DNA from: Octopus vulgaris
Lineage: Eukaryota
Reading direction: 5' to 3'
NCBI GenBank assembly: GCA_951406725.2
Contig: OX597823.1
Coordinates: 41,912,001 to 41,976,000, forward strand
DNA length: 64,000 nt
The notes below the pieces were generated by a model, which saw nothing but the letters and a program-made list of their open reading frames with translations, was not told the DNA's origin and did not search any database. This document shows, one piece after another, positions 52,499 through 64,000 of this stretch (its first letter is position 1; each line of letters starts with the position of its first letter). The translations under genes and the position numbers were made by a program.

Positions 52499-52955
52499 TT
52501 AACACATTTAGTTGTTCTTTTAACAATAAAGTAAAAAGTTGACTCAGCTCCACATAAAGTTTCAAGGGTGCACAAGACATCTACATTTTTAGATGTATTG
52601 AATCAGATTGAAGAGAATTTAAAAGAATTTTCATTGAATTATATTTAAATCAGAAGTAATGTTTATTGTCGCATCAGTATGATTGTTTGACATTACTACG
52701 CTTTCTAATCCCAGGAAAGGTCATATTGAAGTGGTGATAAACATTACGTTTCAGTATAGTTACTACACTACTGTCAGCTCTTAGAGGAGATTTTCTAACT
52801 AGCTACTTTGCTTATATATATAAATCTTCAGATGTATGAAATCAAAGTAGAAAAAGATTTTAATTCTTTTAAACACTCTGACTCTGTAGATCTGAGGATA
52901 AGACGATACATACAAAAACCTTTAAGCAATGTTGGGATGATCAACCTGTTACTGA

Positions 52956-52993
<38 letters not shown>

Positions 52994-53164
52994 GTAAAAC
53001 AAAAGAATAATGAGAGAAATTGATTATTAATTTATTTAATTCATTATTTATTCATGATTGTACAATTTTATGTGTATCTTTTTTCAGAAAGTAAACAAAT
53101 GCAAAAGTTATATATATTTTGATTTTTCTTCTAATATAACATGATATATATACATATGCAGACA

Positions 53165-53203
<39 letters not shown>

Positions 53204-53362
53204 TCGATAACAGATTTATCATCCCAATGAAAGTTCTTTTAAATTCTCTTCAATCTGACCCTATACATCTAAAAATGTGGATGTCTTGTGCCCACTTGAA
53301 ACTTTATGTGGAGCTAAGTCAACCTTTTACTTTATTGTTAAAAGAACAACTAAATGTGTTAA
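52499..53362. repeat. long inverted repeat, ~138-bp arms
   Basis: Arms 52499-52636 and 53225-53362 (ttaacacatttagttgttctttaacaataaagtaaaa versus ttttactttattgttaaaagaacaactaaatgtgttaa). Confidence 0.92.
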
Positions 53363-53928
53363 GTGCTACTTTCTTTTGTTTCTTTACCCACTGTTGTATG
53401 TATATATATATATACATATATGTGTATGGTGTGGTATATGCGCGCGTATATATATATATACATGTGCATGTGTTTGTGTATATGTATGTAGTGTACTGTT
53501 ACATTTCAATAAGGTCAACAATAGTCTTCCTTTGTCTGATGAACCCCACAACCATTGTTAATTCATATATAAACTGTATTTTCTTTCTAACAGGTCAAAA
53601 ATATACAATTCTTACCTCTCTTTCCCTCAAAGCTGTCTGTTTTTTCCCAATGTTTTTTTATTTTCTTGTTTTTCCTCATTCTTCCTCTCTTTTTCTTAGA
53701 GAATAACCATGTTTATTTTGAGCCTAAACAATTGCAGAATTGTACACAGTACACTTTGCAATTTTGTCCATATATTGTGCTATCTGAGCATGAAACTTAA
53801 AGTAGCTCACATCTTGTGTCTATTAAATTATGTAGGTTTTTGCATGTGTGTATTATGCATTGTAGAACATTAAAGCATATTTTCTATTACATATTGACTT
53901 AACATTGCTCATTTTGTTTATATTTCAG

Positions 53929-54111
53929 TTCTATGTAATAGACCCCCAGATATTCCAAATGCTTATCACAATGCACCCAAAGGGCAAGACAGCTTTCCTG
54001 CTGGTACTGTACTGACATATAAATGTGAAGCGCGATTCAGGGCTGATGGGCAAGAGCGTGCAATGTGCAGGGAAGATGGTACATGGAGTGGACCGACTAT
54101 GTTTTGTAAAG
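53929..54111 (+). CDS. internal coding exon encoding one Sushi/CCP (SCR) domain; LEV-9/Hasp-like secreted CCP protein likely
   Basis: Polypyrimidine tract + tttcAG acceptor, G|GTGAGT donor, 183 nt, phase 1-1, open frame LCNRPPDIPNAYHNAPKGQDSFPAGTVLTYKCEARFRADGQERAMCREDGTWSGPTMFCK with the 4 Cys, PP.IPN, Y.C, G and W of the CCP consensus. Confidence 0.92.
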
Positions 54112-54466
54112 GTGAGTACAGTCAATAAACGTTTCCAAGGAATTCTAATCTCAAATCCAAAATTGTTATTTAACAACTTTTAGCCATTTGCTTTTTTTGT
54201 TTTGGTTTTCTTCATATAATTTTCTCCTAAACAAGACTTTAGACCAATGTGGCATAAGGGACTATGAGGAAGGTAAAGAATGGGCTTAGAAATTCAAAAG
54301 ATATCAATGGACTGAAAGTTTGAAGAATTGGATATCATAGACTAGAGAAAAAGATGGTGGTATTGAGTTTCAGAGAGCAGCAGTTTGAAGAATGATGTTA
54401 TGATAATAAAAGGACGTATGACTAGCAGGATGCTCAACAATGAAAATCTACCAGGAATCTTTGCAA

Positions 54467-54595
54467 CTACATGGTTTCAGGTTCAGTCCCACTGCATGGC
54501 ACTTTGGACAAGTGTTTTCTATTATAGCCTTGGGTTGACCAATGCTTTTTGAGTATATTTGGCAAACAGAAACTCTGTGGAAGCCTAACATGTTT

Positions 54596-54652
<57 letters not shown>

Positions 54653-54880
54653 TGTGTGTGTGTTTGCATTTGTACCCTTCACCACTGTTTGACAACTAGT
54701 GTCGCTTTGTTTATGTTTGCATAAATTAGCAGTTTGACAAAAGAGACCAATAAAATAAGTACAAGATTTTAAAAACATAAGTAGTAACTGAGGTTGATTT
54801 GTTCAACTAAAACCCTCAAAGACAGTGCCCCAGCATGGCCACGGCCCAATGTCTGACACAAGTAACAGAGAATAAAAGAT
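54467..54880 (+). mobile_element. SINE family A
   Basis: catggtttcaggttcagtcccactgc…(TG)n…ccagcatggccacgg…caagtaacagaataaaaga. Confidence 0.85.
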
Positions 54881-55105
54881 GTGACAGATTTTGAAGGATT
54901 GTTGCCAAACAAGCAAATCAACCTACAGCTGGGCTTCCAGTGAATTGGTTGCCAGGTACACCTTGACAAGCTGATGTATTGTTAATGTGACCATGAAGCT
55001 AGTGGTCAGAGAAACTGACAAACATGGAATCACTAAGGCAGAGAAATGTTGCTAATGAGATAGCCTGATATATGGCCAAGTAAACTACAGTGGGTGTGAT
55101 TAAAT

Positions 55106-55750
55106 CAGTGTTTCTCAAACATTTTTTTGCCTATGGATCCCTTTGATTCCTATTTTACACTTCTGGACCCTTGTGCCCATTCCATGTTAAAAACAAATCT
55201 TATTCTATTTTTATAATTAGATCAAGTCAAGTACGTCAACACCAACATCAAAATAAAAATCAAATGGAAATTGTAGTTAAGATACCCGTGCCAGTGACAC
55301 GTAAAAAGCACCGTCTGAACGTGGCAGTTGCCAATACCGCCTGACTGGCGTCCATGTTAGTGACACATAAAAGCACCAACCAATCGTGTCCATTTGCCAG
55401 CCTCCTCTGGCCCCTGTGACGGTGGCACGTAAAAAACACCCACTACACTCATGGAGTGGTTGGCATTAGGAAGGGCATCGTGCTGTAGAAACGCTGCCAG
55501 ATCAGACTGGAGCCTGGTGCAACCTCCTGGCTTCCCAGACCCTGGTCAAACCGTCCAACTCATGCTAGCATGGAAAACAGACGTTAAACGATGATGATGA
55601 TGATGATATTATTATTAAGAATTGTATAAGAAAATTGTTAAAATATTTGGTGTACTGTAGAAGTATAACTAGTTTTTTGGTCATAAATTTTAACAACAAA
55701 ATTTTATATGGACCCTGAAAGGGTCATATGAACTCCAGTTGAGAACCAGC
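55106..55750. mobile_element. hAT MITE interrupted by an RTE tail (about 55222-55606, +)
   Basis: TIRs cagtgtttctcaa / ttgagaaccagc; insert ends catgctagcatggaaaacagacgttaaacgatgatgatg. Confidence 0.75.
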
Positions 55751-56947
55751 AGGTTACATGAATTTTCAGACATAGTTGTAAGCATGTTTCTCAACTAAGT
55801 GGTTTGGGGTTCAGTCTCACAGCACCTTGGGCAATTGTTCTACTGCAACCTCAGATCATCTAAAGCCTTTTGAGAAGAACTTGTTGGGGGAAACTAACAG
55901 AAGCCCATTATGTGTGTGTGAGAGTGAGAGTTTGTGTTAAATCATGCAAAGGCTGGAAACAAACATTGCCGCTACATTAGTGATATTGTTCACCTAAGAA
56001 ATCAGTGTCAGCAAATTCTATCTGACCCATGGAAAAGTGGACATTAAAATAATGAAAATGGAGTCACCACTGCTCCTAATGTGAATATTGTTAGATTGAC
56101 ATTTAAACAAGCAAAACAGAAGTCATTACTCATCATCATCATCATCATCCCTTGGATATTATTATCTCAACTCCTAGGGTTTGTAGGGCCAGTGACCTAG
56201 AAGTCACCAAAATAATAACATTACCCCTGACTAGGATATTACTCCATTGCTGAGTTACCCCTTTTCAGCTGAGTGGGCTGGAGCAATGTGAACAAAAGTG
56301 TTTTGCTCAAGAACATAAAATATGGTCCAGTTCAGGATCTGAAACCATGATTTTGAAATTGTAAGTGCAGCACCTTACACTAGGCCACTTGCTTTCACTA
56401 ATTAGACAGACAGACATACAATTAACTAGACAGGTGTGTAATTAGACAGGACAAGTGTCAAAATAGGAAAATAAATGCACAAACAAAGAGCATTTTAACT
56501 TGGAAAAGTTGCAACACTATAAGCAAGTTGTATGTATGGAATGTTAAACAAATTTATTAAAACTGTATTGAACATCTAAGAATTTCAATACAAGATTTCA
56601 ATTTGTTTTTTTAATTTTTTTTTTGTTTTCTTTGGTGGAAACCACCAAAAACAGATAAGAAAAAAATTATCAGCAGGGAATAAATAACATCACTGTAAAA
56701 TTTTTCTAATTCATTTTCAAACAAAATATTTTCAGTTTTCCGTTTTTCTTTCTATTTCTGTAATTCTTTTACAAATGTTTTCCTCTTTCTTGTTATTTTT
56801 CTAATCTTTTTCATTCTGCTATCCATTTTATCATCATCATCTTCATCATTAATTCACACACACACTCAATCATACACACACACATATATACAAATATACG
56901 AATATGTGTACAGATATTTACATATATATATGCATATATATATACAC

Positions 56948-56995
<48 letters not shown>

Positions 56996-57329
56996 ATAAA
57001 TACACATACATATGTACACACACACACACATACATACATACATATGTATATATATATATATACATACATACATACATACATATATATATAAATATATATA
57101 TTCTTGTTTTTATTTCATTAACATCAATTGCTTCTTTATGAAATTATCTTGTTGTCATTGTTAGGAATATGAAGACAAAATAGATTTCCCTAACAACAAA
57201 TCTATTTTTCTGGGTTTTGTTGTTTTTGTTGCTGTTGATTTTCTTCTTTTCGTTTTAGTTTTTAATATGATTTGTATGTGGCGTTTCATTTCTTTACATG
57301 TAGAAAAATGTGTATATCTATATTTGTAC

Positions 57330-57393
<64 letters not shown>

Positions 57394-57398
57394 CTTAC

Positions 57399-57458
<60 letters not shown>

Positions 57459-57600
57459 TTACATATATGTTTGTATGTATATATATAGAACATACCAAAT
57501 ATGGGAAGACTTCTAAATATATGTATATATATATATATATGTATATATATATGTTTGTATGTATATATATAGAACATACAAAATATGGGAAGACTTCTAA

Positions 57601-57651
<51 letters not shown>

Positions 57652-57844
57652 GCCTTACACATTTCCTACTCTTATTTTAAGCAGTTTTCGCTTTTGGTTT
57701 TCCTTACTTTCATTGTCACAGTTTTATTCCATTCACTTACTTTACTGTAGTATGTTTGTAGGTGGAATGGGTAGCTAGGAGTGAGGAAACAAAAGAAAAA
57801 AATGAAAGAGAGACATAGAAAGAAGGCAGGCTAGAGACTGTGTG

Positions 57845-57892
<48 letters not shown>

Positions 57893-58483
57893 TTTTCATT
57901 CATATGCATGTGTTTTTGACTTGAAAACTCAGCTATCTTGTAAAGAAATAAATTGGAATAAAAAAATTATCAGAAATAAAAAGCATTTATGAAATGAAGA
58001 GAGTTTTCTACTCACTTGATTGTGTGCTCTGTTAATTTGTTAATTAATTTCATTTAGTTAGAAGTCTTGCCATATTTGGTATGTTCTACTTCCTTTTAAC
58101 TGCTAAAGGTTAACAAATAATTCTCTCTTTGTTGGTTTTTTTTTCTCTGCTTTTTAGTTTCATTTTCCTTCTTATATACTTTTTTTTTTCTGTGGTTAAG
58201 GTTTATTTTCTTCACAGCTATTTTCAAAGTCAGTATTCACAAGACTTAAAATTCAGATTCACAGGCTTGTGTGTTTTGGAAAGCAGAACAATAACCGTAA
58301 TATATATTTATCTGATACGTAGCAGATACTTAACAGTTTGTGTGATAAACTCTCGAAAGATTGTAAAGAAGTTAACAGATTAAAAATCAACAAAGTAATA
58401 TTGAAAACATGGCAGAGGTTGTGTAAACAGATAGGTAATAGCAATAATAATGAATATGTAAATATATAATGTGAATCCAGCAA

Positions 58484-58507
58484 ATCATTATCATCAACAT
58501 CACCACC

Positions 58508-58572
<65 letters not shown>

Positions 58573-58732
58573 AATCTTCATCATCATCATTATTCATCAT
58601 CATTGTTATCATTGTTACTATCATCAGAATCGTCATCATCATCATCATCAACAACATCATCATTGTCATTGTTGCTGCTGTCACCGTTCCTGTCACTGTC
58701 GCCATTGCTGTTGTCATCATCATCATCATCAT
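58484..58732. repeat. (CAT)n/(CAC)n trinucleotide tract, expanded tail of a minus-strand SINE (58710-59200)
   Basis: Directly visible; runs into catcatttaatgttcac…gatacccttccta tail motif. Confidence 0.85.
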
Positions 58733-60813
58733 TTAATGTTCACATTTCAACAGTTGTATGGATAAGACAGAATTTAGTCGAAACAGATTTTTTTTCACAG
58801 CCAGATACCCTTCCTATAACAAACCCTTAACCAGATAATATTTCTCCATGGCCAGACCTGCATTTTACAGAAAACACTGTAGAGTTTTTATGACTGTGGT
58901 GCTCAATAGAACATCACATGATGTTGAGACAAGGGTATATACAAACACATACACACAACCAGACACAAACACACTTATATATATACATGCATACACAAAC
59001 ATATACATACATGCATACACACACACACACACTCACTGACCTCTTTCATTCTCATCAAATCTACTCTATCCACTTACAAGGCTTTGGGTGGTTCATAGCT
59101 GTAGTAGGAGACACTATCCCAAAATGCCATGGAGTGGGACTGAAGCTGACACCACAGAGTTCCAGAACAAGTTTCTTAACTACATTGCCATGCCAACGAA
59201 TTCTTTGATTTACTTGAATACAACAAAGGATTCACAAATTCAGGCATGGCCTGGTAGATAAGAATCACTTTGTGCAACCATATGATTTCAGGTTCAGCCC
59301 CACTGCACAGTTCTTTGGATGAATCTATTCTACTATTGCCCCCAGGCTGACCAATGCCTTCTTGTGAGTGAATTTGGTAAATGGAAGCTGTGTGGAAACC
59401 TGTTGTGTGTGTGTGTGTGTGTATGCATTTGTGTGTCCTTCTACCTCTTGACTGCTGATATTGGTTTGTTTATATCCCCATAACTTAGCAGTGTGGCAAA
59501 GCACCCAATATTATAAATTTCAGACTTTAAACAAAAAAAAATAATGAATTGGGATTAATTCAAGTTGATCCCCATAGTCTAATGATGAAATGAAAAGATA
59601 AATGATAACAGTATTTAATGAGATAATTTATATTATTTTCATATTATGTTGGAGACAGGAGGAACAGCAATAATATTAGAAGTCTTTGGTGCAGAACAGA
59701 ATTTTGACCTTCTACTTCTATGATGGAATTAGACCACTGCGTTAGGCATGACAGATTATTCTGTTGACAAGAATGATAATGATGATGATGGATGGTGGTG
59801 GTGGTGGTGGGTGGTGGTGGTGGTGGTCTTTGCAGTGTTGCTTCTCATATTTAAAGATTTGGTGGTGTTTGCCTCTCAGAAGGCATTAGCTAAATACTGC
59901 ATGACAGCTAATGAAATGCTCATTAATTATGTTATCCTTATATTATTGAATTTTCCAGCTCGTGATATTTATTTACTGCCACACAAAATTATGTTAGTGA
60001 TAGTTAAATGCTTCTGGACATGTTGAGGGATCCATAGTGGATTCCCTTGCTTCCTCCCATTTGTCTTCCCTCAACACCTGTTTTTCATCATATTCACCCC
60101 TATACCCTATCTTTAACCATCACTCACTCTCTTATACACTCTTACAACCTCTACCCACTAGCACACCCTGTCCTCTTGTTCCCACTCACTTGTAATTGCC
60201 TTCAGTCTTGAGGACCCACACTGACACCTCATCACATAACAGTTTTCTCTCCCCAGCTCCATCCACATCATCCCTGCCCTTACTTCTGTAATGAAAGTAG
60301 TCATGCAGTTCGCTTCAACAAAAAGAAACCTGTTCCGATCTGTTCTGGCCCCTTCCATTATACTTTAGCCCTTCATTTTTTTAGCTTCCTTCCATTCTAC
60401 TGAAACCCTGATCAATCATAAGGGATCTTAGTCTTACAAACTGCACAGTGATCTCACAAGTGCTGGTGCAATGAAGAAAGGATACCCAGTACATACTGCA
60501 AAGTTGGTGGCATTAGGAAGTATATATGGCTGTAGAGACCATACTGAAGTAGACATTGGAGCATAACGTAATCTTTAGACCCATCTGATATAGCCAAACT
60601 GTCTTAACCAGCATGGAATATGGAGGTTAAATAATGATGAAGAAGTTGGTTGGTTGGAGTGGTGGTGGTGGTGGTATTAAAACAATGATGTAGGTAAGAT
60701 TTGAACTGTCAGTGTTTATCAACTTATAGACTGGCACTTTGTTAAAGAACTAGCTGTGACTCTAAATATTCCATCAAATATTGCTAAATTCTTTCAGTAA
60801 ATAGCAATAGTTG

Positions 60814-61220
60814 CAGGCATAGCTGTGTGGTTAAGAAACATGTGGTTTTAGGTTCAACCTCACTGCACAGTACACTGAACAAATGTCTTCTACTATGTAC
60901 GTAGCTCTGGATCATCCAATGCTTTATGAATGAATTTGGTAGACAAGCTATGAGGAAGCCCATTATATATATGTGTGTGTGTGTGTGTCTGTGTCTGTGT
61001 GTGCGTGTGTCTGTTAATTCCTCATTCTGCTAATTCTTGACAATGATGTTAGTTTGTTTACATCCCTGTACTTTAGAAGTTTATCAGAAGAGACTGATGG
61101 AAAAAACACCAAGCCAATGAATAAGTACTTGGCTTGATTTGCTCAACTAGACATTAGTAGTGTTGTCCCAGAATGACCACAGTCAGATGACAGAAACAAG
61201 TAGAAGGCAAATGACAAATA
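60814..61220 (+). mobile_element. SINE family A, degenerate
   Basis: gcaggcatagctgtgtggttaag head, (TG)n, …gaccacagtcagatgacagaaacaagtag tail. Confidence 0.75.
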
Positions 61221-62574
61221 ATCTATAGACTGAAGAGCCACCAAAATATATACATGAGGCCACTTGAGAATATTGCCAATGATTGTGTCTATTGTTTGTT
61301 TGAATGAATCATTATTTTAAATGTTTCCTCATTTTCTGTAATGAAATATTGCAGCCATTTATGAATACATTTCTTGTCTTATTTTCTTCTGTTTTGGCAG
61401 TTTTTCTTCCCTGTTTTTTTTTTTCTTTTTTTTTTTTTTTGCTTTAAAATTCACTTATAGGTCATTCAGGAAGCAGAAAACATCCATGTTTGATTCCTGA
61501 TTGTTTTTTTTTCTATTTAATTTTAGCTATTATAATCGTTACCATTCATTATTTTTTTTTTCCTCTAACTTATCACAGTGTATCTCATACTCCCCACCAC
61601 CACACACCACCACCACCACATGTTTAATTTTGACACCTGACCTTATTCTATTGTATCAAATGTTCACTGTCTCATTTGACATATATGTGATATTGTAGTT
61701 TTAACAAACAAACAATAATAGATTGCTAAATGAATAAATAAACAGATCAATAAATAGCCAATTTTCTATAAATATAGTGTTTGTTGCAGGTTTTTTTTTT
61801 CTTTTTTGTTATGTCTAAGAAAAGAATTTGATTAGAATTTTCAATGAAGCAAGGATATTTGAGATAAAATACTTAGGTTATACAAGATAGTCTGAGATGT
61901 CGCCTGTTGTGTTTCAGAAAGAAATTCGAATGTGTCTGAAAATAAATATGTTTGAAAAAGACAAAAGAAATTTGTATCAGCTTTTTTCTTTAAATACATC
62001 CCAAATGAATATCGAAGAAGTTCTACAAACCATTTTTATCATTATTGCCATCATCGTTGTCATTGTCGTCGTCATCATCACCACCACCATCATTACCACA
62101 TCATCACCACCGCCACCACCACCATCATCATTATCATCATATGTTCATTTTCCATGCTGGTATGGGTTAGATAATCAGACAGGAGCTGGCAAGCCAAAGA
62201 GCTGTGCTGTTCTTCAGTGTCCACTTTGGTTGGATCCCCTTTCCTAGCTCTAGCATCAATGACTGTACTGGGTGCTCGGTTTTCATGCTACTGACACTTA
62301 TGAAGTTGCTATGTAACTTGCTAGACAGGATAAGAACATGGAAAAAGGAAACAAAAGAAGCCCCTACTACTAAATGAGGGAGTATATGAAAGGACAAGGT
62401 AGCTTTATGCCTGGTGTTGAGAAGCTAATGTATGATAAAGGGGCAAGCACAGGTGTCTTGCAATAGAGGAAATAAAATTGCCACCACATATTATGTAAGA
62501 GTTGCTAGGGGTAGCTGGAAAGGATATAAAGTGATGGGGTACCAGAGCAAATTTCAAGCTACAAGAAAATTAGC

Positions 62575-62849
62575 ACAGGGGAAAATCTGGGCAAGGTTGT
62601 TTATAGAAGACCAGCAATCGTCCAAGAATACCGGCCTCTCTTCTCCATGCCGCCAATGTTATCCAAGGAAATGGCAAAGACCAATACAGCTTGGCACCAG
62701 TGATGTTGCAATTCATTTCTACTGCTGAGTGAATTGGAGCAATGTGAAGTAAAGTGTCTTGCTCAAGAACACAACACACAGCCCAGTCCGGGAATCAAAT
62801 TCACTATCACATGAATGTGAGCCTGACCCTCTAACCACTGAGCCATGCA
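62575..62849 (-). mobile_element. SINE family B, tail type 1
   Basis: Reverse complement of 4916-5190. Confidence 0.88.
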
Positions 62850-62884
62850 TCTTCACTATATCTGTACTAAAGTTGCTAGTCTTT

Positions 62885-63084
62885 CTTTTACTTTTCTTTT
62901 ACTTGTTTCAGTCATTTGATTGCGGCCATGCTTGGACACTACTTTGAAGGCTTCTAGATGAAGAAATTGACCCTTGGGACTTATATTTTATCAGTCTCTT
63001 TTGCCAGACTGCTGATTTATGGGGATATAAACACACCAACACGGGTTGTCAAGCAGTCATAAGGGACAATCACAGACAGAAAGT

Positions 63085-63132
<48 letters not shown>

Positions 63133-63154
63133 TAAACACATATCTATATGTCTG

Positions 63155-63188
<34 letters not shown>

Positions 63189-63335
63189 CGACAGGCTTCT
63201 TAACAGTTTCTATCTACCAAATTTACTCATGAGGCTTTTGTTGGCCCGAGGCTATAGTATAAGATACTTGCACAAGGTACCATACAGTGGGACTGAACCT
63301 AGAACCATGTGGTTGGGAAGCCAGCTTCTTACTAC
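62885..63335 (-). mobile_element. SINE family A full-length
   Basis: Reverse complement of 46742-47140. Confidence 0.88.
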
Positions 63336-63794
63336 ATTCCTTAAAAATGTTAACATTACTCTTATTCCAATACAGGAGATTTAGAAAGAAGAAGGTTTAA
63401 TTTGATTATTAACTTATGAAGTGACCTAAACTGAGGGTTAGGATTTTTGGCTCCTGATTTTAAAGTCACAGGTTCACATCATGGCCTGAGTGGGGCATTG
63501 TATCTTTAAGCTAGGCTATTCATTTCATGTTATTCATCACACCAACCAACTATTACATTCCTCATGTTTTGCTGGTTCAAATGGGTTTTGCCAGTTGAAG
63601 GTTAGAAGAGCAAAGCAGATGTATATGTCTATTTTGGACTGCTGAGGCAAATGTAACAATTAGTGAAAGCTTAGTACATGTAACCAAACCATACTAACTT
63701 CTGCACCATTGCTATACAGTACATTGCACTGAGTCTTGTCAATAGAAACAAAAGTCCATTGCCGGTGATGGAAGCTGAAATCAAATGAAAATAT

Positions 63795-64000
63795 TCAATT
63801 CAAATTTTGGTACTAGGCCAGTAAGTTTGGGTGAGAGGGCAAATCAATTACATCTACCCCAGTGTTCAACTGGTACTTACATTATTGACCTCAAAAGAAT
63901 GGAAGGCAAAGTGGACCTCAGCAGAATTTGAACTCAGAATGTAAAGACAGAAGAAATGTCATGAAACATTGTGCTCAACAAGCTAACAATTCTGTCAGCC
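63795..64000 (-). mobile_element. SINE family C, truncated by window end
   Basis: ctggtacttac…gaaggcaaagtggacctcagcagaatttgaactcagaa…gctaacaattctgtcagc. Confidence 0.8.

Noticed and set aside
53931-54176. 81-aa minus-strand ORF
   Set aside because: Antisense to the Sushi exon, which has the splice signals and domain consensus
58259-58830. Poly-His / poly-Asp / poly-Met ORFs
   Set aside because: (CAT)n/(CAC)n expansion at a SINE/RTE-type tail; open in several frames on both strands

Overview
AT-rich, microsatellite-saturated animal genomic DNA. Its repeat content (tRNA-derived SINE families, RTE tails ending in (GAT)n, TTAA MITEs, Penelope-like fragments) looks like a coleoid cephalopod, most likely Octopus; this is recognised from memory, not from a search. 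Almost all ORFs in the track are artefacts of (TA)n/(CA)n/(CAT)n repeats. I found one convincing host coding exon, 53929-54111 (+). It is a 183-nt phase 1-1 exon encoding a complete Sushi/CCP domain similar to LEV-9/Hasp-type proteins, so much of the window is probably intron of a large + strand gene. The rest is transposon debris: at least 3 SINE families, RTE, R4/Dong, CR1-like, Gypsy-like, Penelope (GIY-YIG), mariner, hAT and piggyBac MITEs, and Helitrons. The most interesting signals are four. (i) Several minimal hammerhead-ribozyme motifs with palindromic stem III in Penelope-type terminal repeats (best at 6245-6287, 7715-7759, 37746-37785, 47334-47437). (ii) A composite in which a poly(A)-tailed zinc-knuckle ORF1-only sequence sits between a hammerhead-bearing repeat and an inverted copy of its end (6078-7643). 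(iii) At least 8 long inverted-repeat foldbacks, one about 570 nt upstream of the Sushi exon, which are candidate ADAR/dsRNA substrates. (iv) A young RTE/BovB-like insertion with a 10-bp TSD nested in a Penelope element. Repeat boundaries were read by eye and are approximate unless stated otherwise.
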